Assembly: GCA_964016885.1 (NCBI GenBank)
Contig: OZ024745.1
Location: 106,268,001-106,332,000 of the forward strand
Length of the DNA: 64,000 nt
From: Eledone cirrhosa
Taxonomy: Eukaryota
Reading direction: 5' to 3'
The notes under the pieces were generated by a model. It saw only the letters and a program-made list of their open reading frames with translations, ran no database searches and was not told where the DNA came from. The position numbers were made by a program, and so were the translations under genes. Of this stretch, positions 1 to 15,012 are shown piece by piece. The number at the start of each line of letters is the position of its first letter. The stretch's first letter is position 1.

Positions 1-158
1 ACAACAGTCAGTACATAGGGATCATACCAAGAATATCATGGTATCATCAACAAAATATTACAAGAACACTAATTAACTGATGGGATTTTAGATCAGTGTT
101 TGGGTAATGAGAGAGATTCTTTGTGTTCACCTCCAGTCTCTGTAGATCCTAGGTATAT

Positions 159-347
159 AATTGTTTCTACTTTTGGCACAAGGCCAGCAATTATCCCAGT
201 GCATTACTCGTACTTTATTTTATCGACCCAGTAAGGATGAAAGCAAAGTTAACCTCGGCGGGATTTGAACTCAGACCATAAAGGGAGGTAACTCTATGTT
301 TCAAACATGATGCCCGACCCTCTACCGATACTGCCAATCCACCGCCC
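159..347 (-). mobile_element. tRNA-derived SINE (family A), near full length; partial tandem copy follows at 357-436
   Basis: Reverse complement of GGGCGGTGGATTGGCAGTATCGGTAGAG (A box) ... GAGTTCAAATCC (B box) ... AAAGTAGAAACAATT. CCTAGGTATATAATT is duplicated at 148 and 346. Confidence 0.85.
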
Positions 348-560
348 TAGGTATATAATTGTTTCTACTTTTGGCACAAGGCCAGCAACTACCCAGTGCA
401 TTACTGGTACTTTATTTTATCGACCCCGTAAGGATGATTTCATTTCAATCGAATATGTAGTTTTCCTTCACGTGTAGAGAAAATTATTATCTATTTACTT
501 TCTTAAGGACAGATATCCACAGCGAAGCGATAACGAAACGTGTTTGTTCTTCATAATAAT

Positions 561-684
561 AATTGTTTCTACTTTTGGCACAAGGCCAGCAATTACCCTA
601 GTCCATTACTGGTACTTTATTTTATCTAGCCCTTAAGGATGAAAGGCAAAGTTAGCCTCACCCCGGGATTTGAATTCAGAACGT
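561..684 (-). mobile_element. SINE family A, 5'-truncated
   Basis: Matches the 3' two-thirds of family A. Confidence 0.8.
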
Positions 685-1574
685 AGAGGACCATAATCAG
701 AACCTAACGGGAATAATAATAAAAAAATGATGGTGGAATAAACGAGGAAGCAAGTTTTCAAGTGATCACTCTACCTGTTAGAAATATCAGCCACATTTCC
801 CCCAAATCCCAATCTATTTTCTTTAACCGGATACATTGATTAAGATAGTCCGACGTATACTCGGAAGCAAAAGACAACATGGTCAAGATTCAACACATTA
901 GATCATAGATCTGTCCAGTTTGGTGGAAGTTAACAACAAAAATGTGCTTGGTTCAACGCGAATAAATCAATCAGTTTTTTGGTAATCATTTTAACGACTG
1001 TAACTTGAACCACGAAATTCAATTTGTATCATTAATTCTGTCACCACGTACACATTCGAGCGACCTGTGGTTATTTATTTATTTATTTATTTGTTATATA
1101 ACCCCAAAACAGATATATGGTTGGTTATAAAACAGATACAAATATCTTCACATATAAACACACCACACACGCATACATCATATACACTCACGCATATTAA
1201 TACAAGAAGTAAATGCTTATACATACACATACCTACATATGTCCTGGATCTAATTAACAGATGACCTAGTTAGCATTCACTTCTTATAACTGAACCGGCG
1301 GATCACTGCCAAGTACTGTCCCTACTCCTCTCTCCATCTTGCACCCACTACTCAACAATCATGAGTGGGCAAGACATAATTACGTACATACCATTTCACT
1401 CTTACACCTCTTGCATGGGTACACAAGACATTTCACATGACCACCATTACCAACACGTATTTGCATATTTTGGGGGTGATACCGAAATAGCAACACCCAC
1501 CTAGTGTTTATTTATTTAGCTGACGTCCCCCCCCTCTCTCCCTCCCTCTCCCCCCCCCCCTCTCTCTCTCTCTC

Positions 1575-1605
<31 letters not shown>

Positions 1606-1771
1606 TCTCTCTTTATAGAGAATATATATGTTATGTGTGTGTGTGTAATAAACTTGGCTGTTATATATATATATATATTTATTAAAATAACAGATTAAAG
1701 TTTAAGCAAAGAATCGCTGCTTTCACCCTTAACGGGATCTTCTATATTATATATATATATATATATATATC

Positions 1772-1824
<53 letters not shown>

Positions 1825-1865
1825 GGTAAACATAAATAACAAAATCGGTACAGTATATCGAAGGA

Positions 1866-3073
<1,208 letters not shown>

Positions 3074-3105
3074 GTGTGCGTGTGTGTTGCGTGTATGTGT
3101 TTCAT

Positions 3106-3287
3106 TGGATTGGCAGTATCGGTAGAGGGTCGGACGCCATGCTTTCCAGCATAGTTACGTCCCTTTACGATCTGAGTTCAAATCCCACCGAGGTTGACTT
3201 TGCCTTTCATCCTTACGGAGTCGATAAAATAAAGTACCAGTAATGCACAGGGTAATTGCTGGCCTTGTGCCTAAAGTAGAAACAATT
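3106..3287 (+). mobile_element. SINE family A
   Basis: A/B boxes and conserved body and tail. Confidence 0.85.
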
Positions 3288-3844
3288 ATGTGTTTGATTG
3301 TGTGTAAAAACGTTTGTGAATATTTGAAATTTGAAATGTATACGTCACAACGCAAATGACTATAATAATATTCGATTAAATTAATTAAAAGTTGAGAAAA
3401 TCGGGTAAACTTTTTTCTGTTTTTTTTTTGTTTCTTTCATTCCTTTCTGCAGGCTTCTACAAAAAGTGGAATTGTTGACGAACATAGTCGTTAATGCATA
3501 CGGGATTTCGATTCCTCGCAGGTGCCTATTTCTGATTTTCTCATCCATTCTGTATAGTAATCGACTATTATTATGGCTATTTGCGTTGTGAAGCATTTAT
3601 TTCAAATTGCATATACATATGTATGATATGATATAATATATATACTGTATATATACATACATACATATATATATAAATGTGTGTGTATATATATATATAT
3701 ATATTAAAATAAAAATATTAATAAAATAGATGTTCTTTTATTATACATATTTCGAATATGTATAATAAAATGTAATTGATCAAAAGAACATCTATTTTAT
3801 TAATATTTGTATTTTAATATTTGTATTTTAATATTTATATTTTA

Positions 3845-4126
3845 ATTCTTTCCTTGCTCACATTTCGACTAGGTTTGATGGTCTTTATTCTCTCTCGTCC
3901 ACGATTTCACAGAACTTATATTCATCGATTTCTGGGACTTGACTCCTTCTTCCTCACTTTTCGTTGCATTACCATCTTTGATTGTTTACAGTCTCGCTCG
4001 TTCCCCTTATTTACGTGTCCCAACGACTTTCTTTAGCCGTTGCTCGCACCAACCGGAGGTATATGGTCTTTAATGCGATGAAATACCAATGAAGGTTGGA
4101 AGATCACTGATGAAGGACTAAATTTA

Positions 4127-4130
<4 letters not shown>
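3845..4130 (+). repeat. Dispersed repeat (family G), probable PLE pLTR fragment; related copies at ~44745-45100 (+) and ~54335-54480 (-)
   Basis: Shared CTCGCACCAACC...TTTAATGCGATGAAATACC...CACTGATGA(A/G)GGAC. No complete HHR could be completed. Confidence 0.6.
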
Positions 4131-4160
<30 letters not shown>

Positions 4161-4166
<6 letters not shown>

Positions 4167-4331
4167 GAAGGAAGTGTGGTAAGGAACCAGATGGACCATA
4201 ACGCACCAGAGTACTCAATACTTAGGGTAGTAGAGTGAGTAATAGGAAAATATTAACCCCGACGGCAGAGCTCAAGCCGTTTCGACGAATCATCGAAACG
4301 GCTTGAGCTCTGCCGTCGGGGTTAACATATT

Positions 4332-4335
<4 letters not shown>
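4161..4335. mobile_element. Fold-back element family B in (TA)n
   Basis: Inverted arms around GTTTCGACGAATCATCGAAAC. Carries the HHR 3' half GAAACGGC-TTGAGCTCT-GCCGT-C-GGGG. Confidence 0.75.
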
Positions 4336-4397
<62 letters not shown>

Positions 4398-4852
4398 TAT
4401 TTAACATTAACATCTCCCCACGCACTGATTAACCCTCCCAATTCTGAATAGTTCGTGTTTGTCTTTCGTGTCTACTGGGGTCAATTCCACTAACAGTACC
4501 ACCTTGGTCCATATGGACATATAGTCAAATGTTGTCATAATAATCTCGTAGTTATTCACTTATTTATACAATATATCGAGAAAAATAAATGGAGGAGGAG
4601 TGAGTAAAGGAAATAAATTGGAGGGGAAAAAGTGAGACACGGGGGAGAAAGAGTGACGAAGAGGAAAAAAAAGAGAAGGAATATGTGATATAGAGAAATA
4701 GGGGAAATGGGAAGGTGTCCATTTTAATATTTATCTGTTTACTTCCTGGTTTCTTTAGTAGAAACAGGATGGGAGTAGAAATAAAAAGTAGGGCGGGGAA
4801 AAAAGTCGAAGACAACATATGAAGAAAACGAAGAAGTAATAAGAATAATAAT

Positions 4853-5035
4853 AATTGTTTCTACTTTAGGCACAAGGCCAGCAATTATCCAGTGCATTAC
4901 TGGTACTTTATTTTATCGACCCCGTAAGGATGAAAGGCAAAGTCAACCTCGGCGGGATTTGAACTCAGATCGTAAAGGGACGTAACTATGCTGGAAAGCA
5001 TGGCGTCCGACCCTCTACCGATACTGCCAATCCAC
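4853..5035 (-). mobile_element. SINE family A
   Basis: Nearly identical to the 31121-31305 copy. Confidence 0.85.
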
Positions 5036-6745
5036 AATAATAATAAGAAGAAATTACTGACGAACATCGTCATAATTATCATCATTATCAACTTCATCAT
5101 CTTTTTCCTTATCGTACTAGTCATCAGCATAATCACCATCATTATCACACCAAAGAGGCATCTTTTGATTATGTATAATATTAATGTTGTTAGACATGTA
5201 GTTAGGGGTTTGGGGGATTATGACTTAAAATGTATAAACATTTTAAATCCTCGATCTGTGGGATTAATATAAAGATTCTGACTGATTGAAAACCTCAAAG
5301 ATTCAAACTGAGACACGTGTATCTTATGATTCTATACTTCTGAACTATATTTCGTATTTTCAACTTATCTCATTGAGGCCTGATCTGGAGATAAAACAAA
5401 CAACAACTACTAAAGCAACTACATCGTTTTTAATGATTATCTTCTACAAGGAATGTAACTACAGGTTAAAATAGATTGGACTAGAACAGATTCAAACAAC
5501 ATACAATCTAGTGCAGAATTTCAATAAGAGACATGCTTCATAAAATCTAAAGACTGTAAGATCAAAGGATTCATTCAGATAATAGGAGATATAATGACAG
5601 ATAGATAGCAATACTAATGATGAAAAAAAAACAAACACATCAATCCAGGTAGGTATACAATACTTATTGAAAATGAAGTCAGTAATCGTAATGAGGAGAC
5701 TGAACAATATGGAAAAACGTATAGTATACGGTAATGTATATATTATACAATATTCAAAGCTTTAGTAGTGTACTGCGTGTTAGCATAAGGTCCAAAGTGA
5801 TTATCCAGGCATTTGTGTAGCGATGGTATTACGTGTGTTGGAGGACTTTCTGGCTGCTATTTCTAACAAGTCTTCATTTGTCGCATGTTATGTCAGAAAC
5901 AAACTGCTCTAATCAGGAGAATGTGCCTGTAAATGTAATACTGAAGTTAGGATCCAATACTTTGTGTCTATTTAGATAAAATTTAACATTTTTTATCAGG
6001 TGGTCAGTGAAATGACAACAATGCTTAAACTTGTCTGTTCATTATATGTTTAGGAAATCATAACTTTAATTTTTGAAGAATTTGCTCCTCTGAAGGGTGG
6101 CGTAGTTATAATGCTTGATTCATAATTCAGTTTTGTTCGGTTCATTTCAAATATGGGAATATCTGTTTAAAAAAATAAGCTCAGGAAAAGCCAGCCATTT
6201 GGAGATGAAATTAAGTTGATTTAAACTGAGGAAATCCGTCAGATAGCCCGTACCTGGTTTTTAATTATAGTCTTAATCTGTTTCCTATAGGTATGCTATA
6301 CGTCCAATAGTTGAAAAAGACCATACCATGCAGTAGACAAAGCAAATTTACATTAGATTTGATCCTGTTAGTGTATGTAAAAGGAACGAAAATGAAATGC
6401 TGTCTGATCCTATAAGTCAATCAGGAAAACTTAAGAGAATCTTTAACAACTCACTACTTTGGTATTTATTTACTTATAAATAGCTTAGCCCACGTACACA
6501 CAATATGTACACACAGATACAAACGCATACATACGCTGGCACTTGAGCGTCCTTGGTGGTATTCAATCTTTTACCATTATTCGCTCTGGGAATCCGATAT
6601 CACGAAACCCTATAAAAATACCACGGCCACTGTCCTCCCCCACTGACTAAGCTATATATATATACAAATGTGAGGAATCAAAACATATCAAATATGTTTG
6701 ATTTGTGTGCTTCTCAATAAACACGCTCAATAGACTTCATCCAGG

Positions 6746-6839
<94 letters not shown>

Positions 6840-8593
6840 CTTGACTATTTGACTGCATAGATGATTCTAAGTCAGCTAGTAAACTAAGATAAATGGATCA
6901 TAAAGAACAGAGTTGGCAGCTCAGTTTCAATTATTGTTTGTTGGTCTTTTAGATCAGTTACTCTACTAAAACAGTTTACAAAATGCTAGACTATCGCATT
7001 GTTTATATATTGTACAAGTAATTATTTAGTTTATTCAAATTGTCACAATGATATATATACCGAAATTTAGTGAACAACAATAAATCAGACAAAATAATTC
7101 GGGTTATAGCCGTTGCTGTTGTTATGATGTTGACGAAAAGCATTCAATCCATAAGGTCATACTGTCTTTTTAATAAGGTGTGTTTTGATTTGAGATGAAA
7201 TGTGGCTGCTTTCCTAACATGTCCAGGGTACATGCTGAACCCTTATTTTGTTTCTTTTCTTTCTTTTTTTCCAAACATCTAAATTTTAGCGTAAATTAGA
7301 GAAGACATTGCTAAAAGTAGCTAAATATTGATCTCATATGTGTGACGAATAAAACTCAAGTTCATGCAACGGTGTTTAATGTAGTGAACCTTAAAAGGTT
7401 AATACGAACTCATTATCTAATTAAAAAGTAAACTTTTGTCAAGGACTAATTGAAATTTAATCATTCCTGCAAGGGAATTTCCATAGTCAAAACAGTTGAC
7501 AAAAGGCAGGACAGTTTTGCAATTTAAACTTTTAGTGTATGTAAAGAAATTAAAACGACTTGCAGTCTAATTCTATGAGTCAATCGTCCTTTGTATCAGT
7601 GCAACTTCACATGATCTCTAACAATTCACCACTTTGCTACTATTTATTTGATATATAAAGTTGAAATAGAAATTCCACACAGACACACACACACATACAC
7701 ACAGACACACACGCACACACACAGAAACGCACACACAGACACACTCACACATACATACCGACGCGCACACAGACATTAACACACGAAAACAAAAATAAAA
7801 AGGAATAGGAAAAAAGCTGAAATCGAAAAACAAATCCTTTATGTTTTAAATTGCATCAGCAGTAACAGTAGTGACAAACATACACAAAAGAAGGAAAGAA
7901 GAGGGAAAAAACAATTAAAAATAAGGTATCTATATTTGCTGATTTATGGCCTGGCATCTAGTCCAAGAGGCTAGTCTTTTTCAGATTCTTCTGTTACGGT
8001 GTTAGAGCCAGATGAATGAGTCACTAAACGGTTTATGGTAGAGTGTCAGTTGTAAATTATGTTCTGTTGATTCACGGTTGCTGTGAATGTCCAACCTTTT
8101 AATCGCTTTAGACAAGCAATCACTCACTGATAGCTTGGTGGTTGAGGTACTTAGTAACAACTGGGGAAATTTAGAGTTTCTGCTTCATTGCAGATGACTG
8201 ACTTGGAATTTATATTACGACAGTTTGGCGAGTGTTGTTCTCCAAAGAAACGTCTACAGGCATTGACCGTCGAGCTTCTTAGAAACAGTTTCCGACAACG
8301 ATCTTCTTCACTTTATAATTGTGACTAGTTTGTGAAAAATCTTAAAACATAAAATATTTTTTATATCGCTATTATATTACACCCCTCTTTCATCTTCTAC
8401 CTCTTCGATTAATTTGTTTGATTATTTGTTTTTCGTCTCCTTTTATTATATCAGTAAAAACAAACTAACAAATAAACAAAAAAATACACGGAAAAAAGAC
8501 TGAGCTTTCATTGATTTCTTGACGGTTATCACCAACTTGCAAAGAGAAGGATAATGGCGAAACTTGGTTAAGAAATCTACAAAGAGAAATATT

Positions 8594-8811
8594 TCAACAT
8601 ATTCGTTTCACTTTGATCAACGGAGGATACCAAATTGCTTGTTGAATCGGAATTTTACCACCATTAGATCGTAAAGCTTCAGCACACTTGCCAAACATCT
8701 GTAGATATCGACTAAATTTCCAGGAACTATTAACTAATTTGTTTCGGCTTTTGTCTCTAAGATCATTTCCTGGGCGGTTTCTGAAGTTGGTGGGTTTTTT
8801 TTTCTTTTCTA
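8594..8811 (-). CDS. Candidate terminal coding exon of an unidentified host gene
   Basis: Minus-strand acceptor TTTATTGTCCACTGTTTTAG, then a non-repetitive open frame EKKKKPTNFRNRPGNDLRDKSRNKLVNSSWKFSRYLQMFGKCAEALRSNGGKIPIQQAIWYPPLIKVKRIC*. No family recognised. Confidence 0.3.
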
Positions 8812-8881
8812 CTAAAACAGTGGACAATAAACTATTAATATGTATATAAGTGTTATAAGTGTTTGTCGGTGTGTGCTAGAA

Positions 8882-8915
<34 letters not shown>

Positions 8916-8951
8916 TTCTAGCATATATGTCTGTCGGTGTGTGCTAGAAGG

Positions 8952-8983
<32 letters not shown>

Positions 8984-9269
8984 ATATATCCTTCTAGCAC
9001 ACACCGACAGACATATATATGGGTGTGTGTGTGAGTGTATGTCTGTTTGTGTGTGAGTGTATGTCTGTGTTTGTGTGTGTGTCTGTGTGTGTGTGTATGT
9101 GTGTATGTCTGTGTGTACATGTGTGTGTGTGTGTGTGTATGTATATATGTGTGTATGTGTGTGTTTGCGTGTGTGTGTGTGTGTGTGTGTATGTATATAT
9201 GTGTGTGTGTGTGTGTGCGTGTGTTTGTGTATGTGTGTGTGTATGTATATATGTGTGTGTGTGTGTGTT

Positions 9270-9339
<70 letters not shown>

Positions 9340-9439
9340 TGCGTGTATATAAATACTCCCTTCGCTCACGAATGATCATGCGTTTTGCATCTAGAAAGTT
9401 GCTTCAGATAACTTATTTGTGTAGAAGACCAGCAGTCGC

Positions 9440-9608
9440 CCATGCACAGCAGTCCCTCCGCTCTATGCCAGGGGAAAGGCAAAATCTGATACAACTTGGC
9501 ATCAGTGATGTCGCAAGTCATTTCTGTGGTTGTGCGAACTGGACCAGCGTGAAATAAAGTGTCATTGTTAACAACACACCACGTCGCGCGGTCAAGGAAT
9601 CGAACACC
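9440..9608 (-). mobile_element. Second tRNA-derived SINE family (D), diverged; second copy at ~49270-49342
   Basis: B-box GTTCGATTCC followed by GACACTTTATTTCACG core, shared with the 49.3 kb copy (TGTCCTTGAACAAGACACTTTATTTCACG). Confidence 0.6.
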
Positions 9609-9618
9609 CCCCCCCCCC

Positions 9619-9666
<48 letters not shown>

Positions 9667-9669
<3 letters not shown>

Positions 9670-9795
9670 GAGGATGTGCTGAAAAGTTCATATGCTCACT
9701 ATGAAGGAATGATCTTAGAGCTGTGCAATCCATCATGCATTAATTTCAACTCTTCCTATTAATAAATGCATCGTTTCTTTCTGGAAAATTGGCTA
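9667..9795 (+). mobile_element. Tc1/mariner-like terminal fragment
   Basis: TA-CGAGGATGTGCTGAAAAGTTC resembles a mariner-family TIR after a TA target. Partner TIR not found. Confidence 0.45.
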
Positions 9796-9824
9796 TGTAT
9801 GTATGTATGTATGTATGTATGTAT

Positions 9825-10509
9825 GTGCCTTTGCTCACTATAAAAGCTTCACGGCAGAGGCATTGCTTTATATCTGGAGATCTCTCTGCACTTGTCGTCA
9901 CATGGTACCATGGGCCCAGCACTATGTGTCAATAATTGTCACAAGTGTAGTGTTTGTACCAGAGTTTTCAAGACGCTGGCTGAACTAAAAAGTCACACTC
10001 GTTCAGCGCAGCGGTAGGGGTTCTCCTACATGGATATAAAGTAGTTGTCGTACTCGAAAACGAGTTGGCAGCCACCATGTATGTATGTATGTATGTATGT
10101 ATGTATGTATGTATGCTCTTAAGAGCCAATGGCCATCCAAAATCACCGGGAGAGATGACCCCTTAGCCTTTGTCAGGGCAGAATTCTAGGAGAAGGAAAA
10201 CTCTGATATAACACCTGCAACCCTGATGGTATCCAATGATGTTGACTTGTTCTTTTTTTTGGTAAATATCATCTTGGTTAAGAGAGTGGGACTGGTTTTG
10301 TGCAGTGCCTTTGCTCACTATAAAAGCTTCACGGCACAGGCATTGCTTTATATCTGGAGATCTCTCTGCACTTGTCACATGGTACTATGGGCCCAGCACT
10401 GTGTCAATAATTGTCACAAGTGTAGTGTTTGTACCAGAGTGCATCGGTAGGGGTTCTCCTACATGGATATAAAGTGATGGCCGTACTCGAAAACGAGTTG
10501 GCAGCCACC
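9825..10509 (+). mobile_element. Two tandem 5'-truncated copies (9825-10076, 10115-10509) of RTE-derived non-autonomous family C
   Basis: Nearly identical to 16611-17216. Each ends GAGTTGGCAGCCACC-(ATGT)n. Confidence 0.8.
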
Positions 10510-10559
10510 ATGTATGTATGTATGTATGTATGTATGTATGTATGTGTCATTCTTCATTG

Positions 10560-10810
10560 ATTCATCGGATCAGCTGTATTGCCGAGCCAACTCCACTCTC
10601 CTTCTCTAGATGTCCCTGTCCTACATCGCTGTTTTCAGATCTTCGCTTGTCAAACCATCTTTAGTCAGTTGGTCGATATAAGTCATCTGAGGACTCCCGG
10701 TGCGAGAGTATCCTTGGGTTGGCATCCGCAAAAGAAGATGGCTAACAAGCTCGGCTTTGCTTGGGTAGGAGTGCCCAGAATATCTTAACCTTCTTTCCCT
10801 CACTTAAGCT
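10560..10810 (-). mobile_element. RTE-clade LINE 3' fragment
   Basis: RERRLRYSGH...LLLRMPTQGYSRTGSPQMTYIDQLTKD resembles the RTE ORF C-terminus. Confidence 0.7.
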
Positions 10811-11413
10811 GATCAGGATGGATCTATCCATACAGATTTTCTTTTCTGGCAGTTGAATTTATGAAATGGTATAATGTGAAATCATGTGACTGTCTGGAGG
10901 TCAGAACGCTCCACCGTGAATCAAACTCTTGATCAGGAGCCGAAGACTTTGACCAGCACACCACGAACCTTCGCTCAAAATAAACTACAATGTACAACAT
11001 AAGTACAGGTATTTATGAAACAGACAATGAAATAAGAACGCTATCACCCTAAATTAATCGAGGTGTAAGACAATCTATCTTGTGTGTGTAGAGAGAGGAA
11101 TTTTAAACAGTGCATAAAATCGAAAGATTATCGTAATCCATGAAATTATTGATTAGTAAAAATTAGTAGTATTTGTACGGTGCTCTTAAATACTGCTCTT
11201 TCTATTTAAAGAGAGAAAAGAAGAATCTAGAGTGAGTAATAAGCTAGACACATGAGTTAATGGTTATAAAAAAACTGTATATAAGTATATTACGGAAGGA
11301 ATTTATCTCATGAACTTCTGTTAGGAAACCAGAGAGAAGTGTCATGATAAGCATTATTTTCTTAGCTGAAATATATATGTATCTGGCAATTCTACGGCAC
11401 TTTGCTGTTTTAG

Positions 11414-11502
<89 letters not shown>

Positions 11503-11667
11503 TGTGTGTGTGTGCGTGTGTGTGCGTGTGTGTCTGTGTGTGTGTGTGTGTTTGCATGGAAACACACGCATATATATATATATATATATGTAAATGTACG
11601 TGTGTGTGTGTGTGTGTGTGTGTGTTTGTGTTTGCATGCGTGCAAACACACGCAGACACACACACAC

Positions 11668-11701
<34 letters not shown>

Positions 11702-11716
11702 TTGCATGGAAACACA

Positions 11717-11750
<34 letters not shown>

Positions 11751-11985
11751 AATGTACGTGTGCGTGTGTGTGTGTTTGTGTGTTTGTGTGTGCGTGTGGG
11801 TTTGTATGAGTGTATACGTGTGTAAGTCTGCAAACACTTATGGATATGTCTCGGATTGTGCAGATGTATGTATGGTTATGTGTCGGCAGCTGTGTACCCT
11901 TGATTACTTTTCCACTTCCTTTATCTGTGCTCTAAATAATTAATACACATCTCCAACCATATGTTTGTTTTAAAAAATGGCTTGA

Positions 11986-12017
<32 letters not shown>

Positions 12018-13194
12018 TATTTGAAATATAAATATATATATAGAGAGAAAGTAATAGGTGAGCAGTTAAAGTGTTTGTATAAACATGCCAATTAATATAT
12101 ATTGTTGATTAAATTTACTTTACACACTTCTATTAACGAAACTTTGCATCCTCACAAATATATATTCTTCATACCCAATATCGCCCCCCCCCCCCCCCCT
12201 GCCTATTTTGTCCATTATTTCTTTTGACATTTAAAAGGATGAAGAAAATGATAATAAATTATCAGCAGAACGAAGAAATGCGAACGAACGTGATATAAAT
12301 AACCGACTGAAAGATAGAACGAGCGAAAAGAAGAAATAATCATATATATATATATATATGTTTGTTTTCTGTGTATATGATATTTGGAGAAAAATTTGAA
12401 GGAGATGACAACATCAGCAACAACAGAAGAAGAAGAAGAAGAAGAAGAAGAAGAAGAAGAAGAAAAAGAAGAAGAAGAAGAAGAAGAAGAAGAAATGACC
12501 AACGTGACAAAAGCACCTTGTGGAAGAAATGGAACGGTCTTGAGAAATATGAAGTAGATCCCTCCACTCTCAAGCTTAATAAAAAAAAACAACGGAATAT
12601 GATTTAACTTTCTTCAGGATATCTAGTTAATGAAATATGACAGGTTTTATTTTTCTCAATTTTATCATTACTTAAGTTGTAATTGAATAACATTTTATAC
12701 AAAATTAGTTTATTGCTTGAACCGAAACACATAACATACGCGCGATTAATCCATACACAATTAATTTGAACCTTTTTTTTCCCTAACTTATAACATGGGT
12801 GTATTCAGATAAACATGTAGTTGAATAATATGTATTACAAAACTTTTAAATGGTTGTGAATATGATTTTCTGTTTTAAAAATGGATTCGTTAGCCATGAT
12901 ATGACGTCTAACAGTATCCAGCTATCTTTTCCTGCATTCTTGATTACCGCAATGGAAAGAAATAGACACTGGGTTTTAATGTCATCAGACAATATATTTC
13001 TTTATATACATCAAAGTGTTTTTCAAATTAAAACGATTTAACCATCCCTGTTTAGCCGCACCTCAAAAAACCCATCCTTTAAATTTGCCGCGATAATATT
13101 TAGAGATTTTTGCTTCTAAAAATCTACCTTAATCCTTTTGAATTGACTATGCTAATCCCTTTAACAAAAGTGTTCATGTAAATTCCATCCAGTT

Positions 13195-13432
13195 ATCTGC
13201 GACTTGAGGTTAACTAAAGCCAAAGAAGCCCACAAAACTGACAGGTCCAGAGAGAACTACATGATGAATTGGGAAGCATTTGGGGATAAGGAAACCAGGA
13301 CCATATATGAAGATACTATTGCATTCAAATTCAGAGAACTCCCTGAGCAAACTGAGGACTTTGAGACAGATTGGAAATTATTCAGCTCAGCAGCTTCTGC
13401 TTCAGTTGTTAAATGCTGTGGGCGAAAGAGAC
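13195..13432 (+). mobile_element. RTE-like LINE fragment (EN-RT linker)
   Basis: NWEAFGDKE...FKFRELPEQTEDFETDWKLFSSAASASVVKCCGRK resembles the RTE post-endonuclease region. Confidence 0.55.
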
Positions 13433-13511
13433 TTACAAAGCTTGGCTTGGAAATATGTCCTCCATATTTCACTTGTGGTACATACAAGCTGGAATCCGAT
13501 GTATATATATA

Positions 13512-13562
<51 letters not shown>

Positions 13563-13693
13563 GTGAGGTTTTTTTTACAAATTGCAAAATAACCGAGGTG
13601 TGCTACACGAGTGAAAGTATAAAGAAAAAGAGATGAAATCGAAAATGCAACTGGAGTCTTATTTTTTTTTAAAATATATATATTTATTTGGTT

Positions 13694-13731
13694 CCTTTAC
13701 CGGTTTCGTAGTTCTTCTGCTTTTCAAAAGG
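13694..13731 (-). ncRNA. Hammerhead ribozyme, U3-A8 core variant (family E)
   Basis: CCTT-TTGAAAA-GCAG aagaa CTAC-GAA-ACCGGT-A-AAGG. Confidence 0.65.
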
Positions 13732-14157
13732 TGAGTTGAGATGGAGGGTCTGTGGTTTTTCTCATATATATAATATATATATATGTATGTATATATGTGT
13801 GTGTGTGTATTTATGTGTATATATATATATACAGAAAATAGTGAATGGTAACAGTAACAGCAAGATATTCTTTATAAATTTAAAATAGTTGATATAGTTG
13901 ATTCAGCTATAGGAAAAGAATTTGAAAAACATCCTGCCATTATATTCATCAAAGGTAATTTATTCAAATGGAACCAGGAGGAGGACACTTTTACAACCCC
14001 TTTCTTAAACACTCCTTAAAAACACCAACTCCACACCGCCCAACTGCACTCCCAATCAATTATCAATTTTTTCCCGTTTCCAAGGGCGTCTATGCCAAAC
14101 ACACACCCCTTTACATATTCTAAAGTATGAGTCGAAGCTGTTCACACTAAGTTACCT

Positions 14158-14454
14158 TCAGTGATGCATCTGGACTCAATTTATTGCGTGTTACAATTGT
14201 TTCGCCGGCAGGTAGCTCGAGACATGGTCCCTGTATGGATCTGGCTGATTCTACGGCTGCAGGTTCCTTCAGACACGGCTAGTTCGTTGGGAGCAAATTT
14301 TATCACTCATAAAATTTGCTCCCAACGAACTACCCGTGTCTGAAGGAATCTGCAGCCGTAGAATCAGCCAAATCCATACAGGGACCATGTCGCGAGCTAC
14401 CTGCCGGCGAAACAATTGTAACACGCAATAAATTGAGTCCAGATGCATCACTGA
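14158..14454. repeat. ~300-bp near-perfect palindrome, each arm carrying an HHR-like motif (14187-14277 minus, 14335-14425 plus)
   Basis: Arms of ~146 bp with few mismatches. Motif CGTGT-CTGAAGGA-(~60 nt)-GAA-ACAATTGT-A-ACACG. Confidence 0.85.
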
Positions 14455-14556
14455 TTTTTCGTTTTCTTTATACTATCTACACTCTACTCTGCTGAATATT
14501 GAGTGCTAATTTTGGCATACCGCCTATGGAAGCACCATAGCTACCATTATACACAA

Positions 14557-14640
<84 letters not shown>

Positions 14641-14816
14641 GTATGTATATATATATGTGTTAAGTATTTCTGTAGAAAAGGTAAAAGAAAGAAGAGTGCT
14701 CTATGTATAGTACAGAGCTATTTAATTATGTAATAAACACCAGAATATGGATATAAGATATCGCTCATCAGATGAAACCTCTTTATTATGGATATAAATC
14801 CATGATAAAGATGATA

Positions 14817-14881
14817 CATCTGATGAGCGTTATCGGACGTTTCTGTTAGAATCGTCTAACTTCGTGAAACCTTGGGTAATG
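14817..14881 (+). ncRNA. Type I hammerhead ribozyme (family F)
   Basis: CAT-CTGATGA-GCG...GTTAGA atcg TCTAAC..CGT-GAA-ACC ttg GGT-A-ATG. Inverted partial copy at 14762-14790; related sequence at 17459-17670. Confidence 0.65.
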
Positions 14882-14911
14882 GAATAACTATATTGTGTTG
14901 TTTATTACATT

Positions 14912-15012
<101 letters not shown>

